The notes under the pieces were generated by a model. That model had not been told where the DNA came from. It saw only the letters and a list, made by a program, of their open reading frames with translations, and searched no databases. The position numbers and the translations under genes were made by a program. Positions 61,688 to 64,000 of a stretch of DNA of 64,000 nucleotides are shown here, piece by piece. The first letter of the stretch is position 1; the number at the start of each line of letters is the position of its first letter. Where the stretch lies: assembly GCA_965204735.1 (NCBI GenBank), contig OZ242008.1, forward strand, positions 992,001 through 1,056,000, in the 5' to 3' direction. Source of the DNA: Longimicrobiales bacterium (GTDB lineage: Bacteria; Gemmatimonadota; Gemmatimonadetes; Longimicrobiales; Gaopeijiaceae).

Positions 61688-62266
61688 CTACTCGCTCTTC
61701 CTTCCGAACGCCTTGACCCACCCCGGAAGGCGGCCAAGCGCGAAGATCGCAGCCAAGCTGATCACGGTCGAGCCCCCGAGGGTCGTAGCGAAGGATTCGT
61801 AGCCCGCGTAGAGCGCGATCATCGAGCAGGCCAGCACGGCGAGGACGACCACGAAGCCAAGCCGTCGACCTTGCTTGGTGTTCGAAATGGCGGCCGCCAA
61901 AGCGGTGCGGCCGAACTCGATCTCATGATCTGCCGCCTTCTCGGCCATCCGAACCACGCGCTCCGCGCCACCGGGCACCACGTCGTCGTACTGCTTCAGC
62001 ATGAGGGGCGGAGGCAGAGGACCCGTCACCTCGCGAAACGCAGTCCAGCAGGCCGCGGAAACCCTCTTCGTGCTCCGGCGCATGATGTCGTCGGCCTTGT
62101 GGGCGCCGACATCCTCGTAATCGACCACAGGCCACAGATCGAGAAGAGAACCCAACCCGGCGATGAAGGGCCGTACTCGAGGGTGCCGACCCGCGGCCAC
62201 CGAGTCATGCCTCTGTTCCATCAACACCGGTTCTCCCTTCGCCAGCTGGATGTCCCTCCATGACAT
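61688..62266 (-). CDS. DUF2335-like membrane protein (start uncertain)
   Basis: GPLPPP..LKQYDDVVPGGAERVVRMAEK followed by two TM helices. Confidence 0.75.
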   Translation of the reverse strand: MSWRDIQLAKGEPVLMEQRHDSVAAGRHPRVRPFIAGLGSLLDLWPVVDYEDVGAHKADDIMRRSTKRVSAACWTAFREVTGPLPPPLMLKQYDDVVPGGAERVVRMAEKAADHEIEFGRTALAAAISNTKQGRRLGFVVVLAVLACSMIALYAGYESFATTLGGSTVISLAAIFALGRLPGWVKAFGRKSE

Positions 62267-62372
62267 GCTGCCCGAATACTAACACGGTTCTCTCCGGCCT
62301 GCTGGCTGCTGGAGTCAGGCAAGGCGCAGCGGTGCCCGGGCCGCCGCCGTCCCCGGTCCGTCGCCTTGTCTC

Positions 62373-63842
62373 GTGTCGGCAGCTGGTGTATGTATGGTGG
62401 CACGAGACCATGAGGTTCTGTGTGTCCATGAGCAACCCGCAGCAAGAGACGCAACCTTGCCCGCCGATCCGCCCAGCAGCCGGATTCCCGTCGGAACCCA
62501 GTTCTCGCCTGGGCTGATCTCCCTTGCCGACTTCATTGCCGCAGTCGTCCGGCATTCCGGCGACAAGGCGTCGATGGAGGAGGCGGTGTGGTCGCCCCCC
62601 GTAAGAACCGAGTCGGTTGCCAGGCCACCGACCAAGAGGCGAGCCAGCTTGCCCCTCGAGGCGGCTGTCCAGTACGGTCTCCTGACCCCCGGCAACTACT
62701 GCGCAACCGATTTGGCGCGGGAGCTGCACCGTCTGGAGGGCCAGTCGCTCTTCGACCGGTTCGCCAGGCATGTCCTGCTGAACTGCGGCGGCCTGCGCGT
62801 CGTTGAAGCCGTTCAGCAGATGCAGGCCGACGACATGAGGGTCACGGGAGACGGCTTGGCCGAGTATCTCACGGCACAAGGGTTCCGGGTGAGCGTGCAC
62901 AACACCGCAGTCAACACTCTGCGATTGTGGCTTTCTCGGGCCGGGATCTTCCCTGTTGGGCGTTCCCGCGCCTGGACCGTCGACGAATCGGCCAAAAAGC
63001 GCGTTCTCGGTCTTGACGACGATCAGATCCTGACGCTGGCAGGACTGTCGCCCGCGCAAGTGGCCTTCGTGGAGGGCCTGTGCGTCCTTCGTCCAGAGGG
63101 ATGGGTGCGCGCCAGCGAAGTACGCGACTGGGCGGAGACGTTCCGAGGAGTCTCGATTGGACGCGGTTCGCTGCCAAAGGAGGTGCTCAACGCACTCCAG
63201 GAATCGGGACTCGTCGAGTATCGGACCGGTGGGACCAGGGGCGGCAAGGCGTCGCAGACCAGGGTGACCGACAAGTTCGACCGGGAAGTCTTGCTGCCGT
63301 TCGTCACGAAGGCGATTCGCGACCTGGACGCGTCGGTCAGCGCCTACTACAAGAAGCGCCCGGAGGACATATACGCGGGTCTGGAATCCCAAGACGGACA
63401 CGTGAAGGGACAAGCCCTCGAAGCGTTCGCCATATTCGTCATGCGGCTCATGGGCCTTCGTTTCGCCGGCTGGCGGAAGCGCGCCGAGGCCGAGGTGGAC
63501 GCCCTGTTGGAAGGCGTCCTTGGTCCCGTGGCCACGCGTTGGCAGGTCCAGTGCAAGAACACGCCGAGCACTGCCGTTCGGCTGGAAGAGGTCGCCAAGG
63601 AGGTGGGCCTGCTGCCGCTGACGCGGGCAACCCACGTCCTGTTCGTCGCCAACTCGACGTTCTCCGACGATGCCAGGCGATACGCACGCAACGTGATGAA
63701 GACCATGCCGGTCGGCATCTACTTCCTGGATCGGCGCGACTTCCAAGCTCTGCGGTCAAGTCCCGAAAAGATCACGGCAATCTTGAAGGAGCAATCCGCC
63801 TCCATGCTTGCGGCTGGTCGACCGGCCATCTTCAAGGGTTGA
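62373..63842 (+). CDS. Restriction endonuclease with C-terminal Mrr-like PD-(D/E)xK domain, possibly BsuMI YdjA-like (start uncertain)
   Basis: KGQALEAF, EVDAL and WQVQCKN catalytic-type motifs; N-terminal IPVGTQFSP. Confidence 0.75.
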   Translation: MSAAGVCMVARDHEVLCVHEQPAARDATLPADPPSSRIPVGTQFSPGLISLADFIAAVVRHSGDKASMEEAVWSPPVRTESVARPPTKRRASLPLEAAVQYGLLTPGNYCATDLARELHRLEGQSLFDRFARHVLLNCGGLRVVEAVQQMQADDMRVTGDGLAEYLTAQGFRVSVHNTAVNTLRLWLSRAGIFPVGRSRAWTVDESAKKRVLGLDDDQILTLAGLSPAQVAFVEGLCVLRPEGWVRASEVRDWAETFRGVSIGRGSLPKEVLNALQESGLVEYRTGGTRGGKASQTRVTDKFDREVLLPFVTKAIRDLDASVSAYYKKRPEDIYAGLESQDGHVKGQALEAFAIFVMRLMGLRFAGWRKRAEAEVDALLEGVLGPVATRWQVQCKNTPSTAVRLEEVAKEVGLLPLTRATHVLFVANSTFSDDARRYARNVMKTMPVGIYFLDRRDFQALRSSPEKITAILKEQSASMLAAGRPAIFKG

Positions 63843-64000
63843 GTGGTCGGCCCGCCGAGAGCCGCGCCTACGGCTCCAGCTTCAAGAGATCACGTTGCGA
63901 CGGCAGAGGATTGGTGGATTCCTCCAGACGCTTCGACATGGGAGGGCGTTCTTTCCCGCCGTCGGCGGCAAGAGGCTCCGTGGGCGGGCCGTCCCAAAGC

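Noticed and set aside
62428..62517. Fourth frameshift joining ATG 62428 to the endonuclease frame
   Set aside because: Possible, but in-frame alternative starts exist (e.g. TTG near 62456), so it cannot be supported from sequence alone.

Overview
High-GC bacterial window. Housekeeping and metabolic genes (CoA-transferase, MscS, TRAP transporter, gpmI, dihydroorotase, nfuA, sucA, pgeF, glycosyltransferases, large NAD-GDH, ppx) flank two accessory regions. The main one (~19.5-37.6 kb, next to an SbcCD pair) looks like a defence island. It holds three Schlafen/AlbA_2 + HATPase_c_4 paralogues, gene remnants, a PLD-SNF2 helicase + Eco57I/TaqI-like adenine methyltransferase pair, and a tandem of two STAND-like ATPases (the second with TPR-like repeats). 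The most distinctive non-coding signal is a ~190-bp degenerate direct repeat on both sides of the helicase-methyltransferase pair. It is built from seven copies of a fixed-geometry palindrome, (A/G)AATG(A/C)TCG-N15-CGA(T/G)CATTT. A second, smaller defence patch at the right end carries a GmrSD-like gene, DUF2335 and an Mrr-type restriction endonuclease. Three genes have apparent single frameshifts, possibly sequencing errors. I recognised no tRNA, rRNA, integrase, transposase or cas gene. All family calls come from motif recognition by eye, not database searches.
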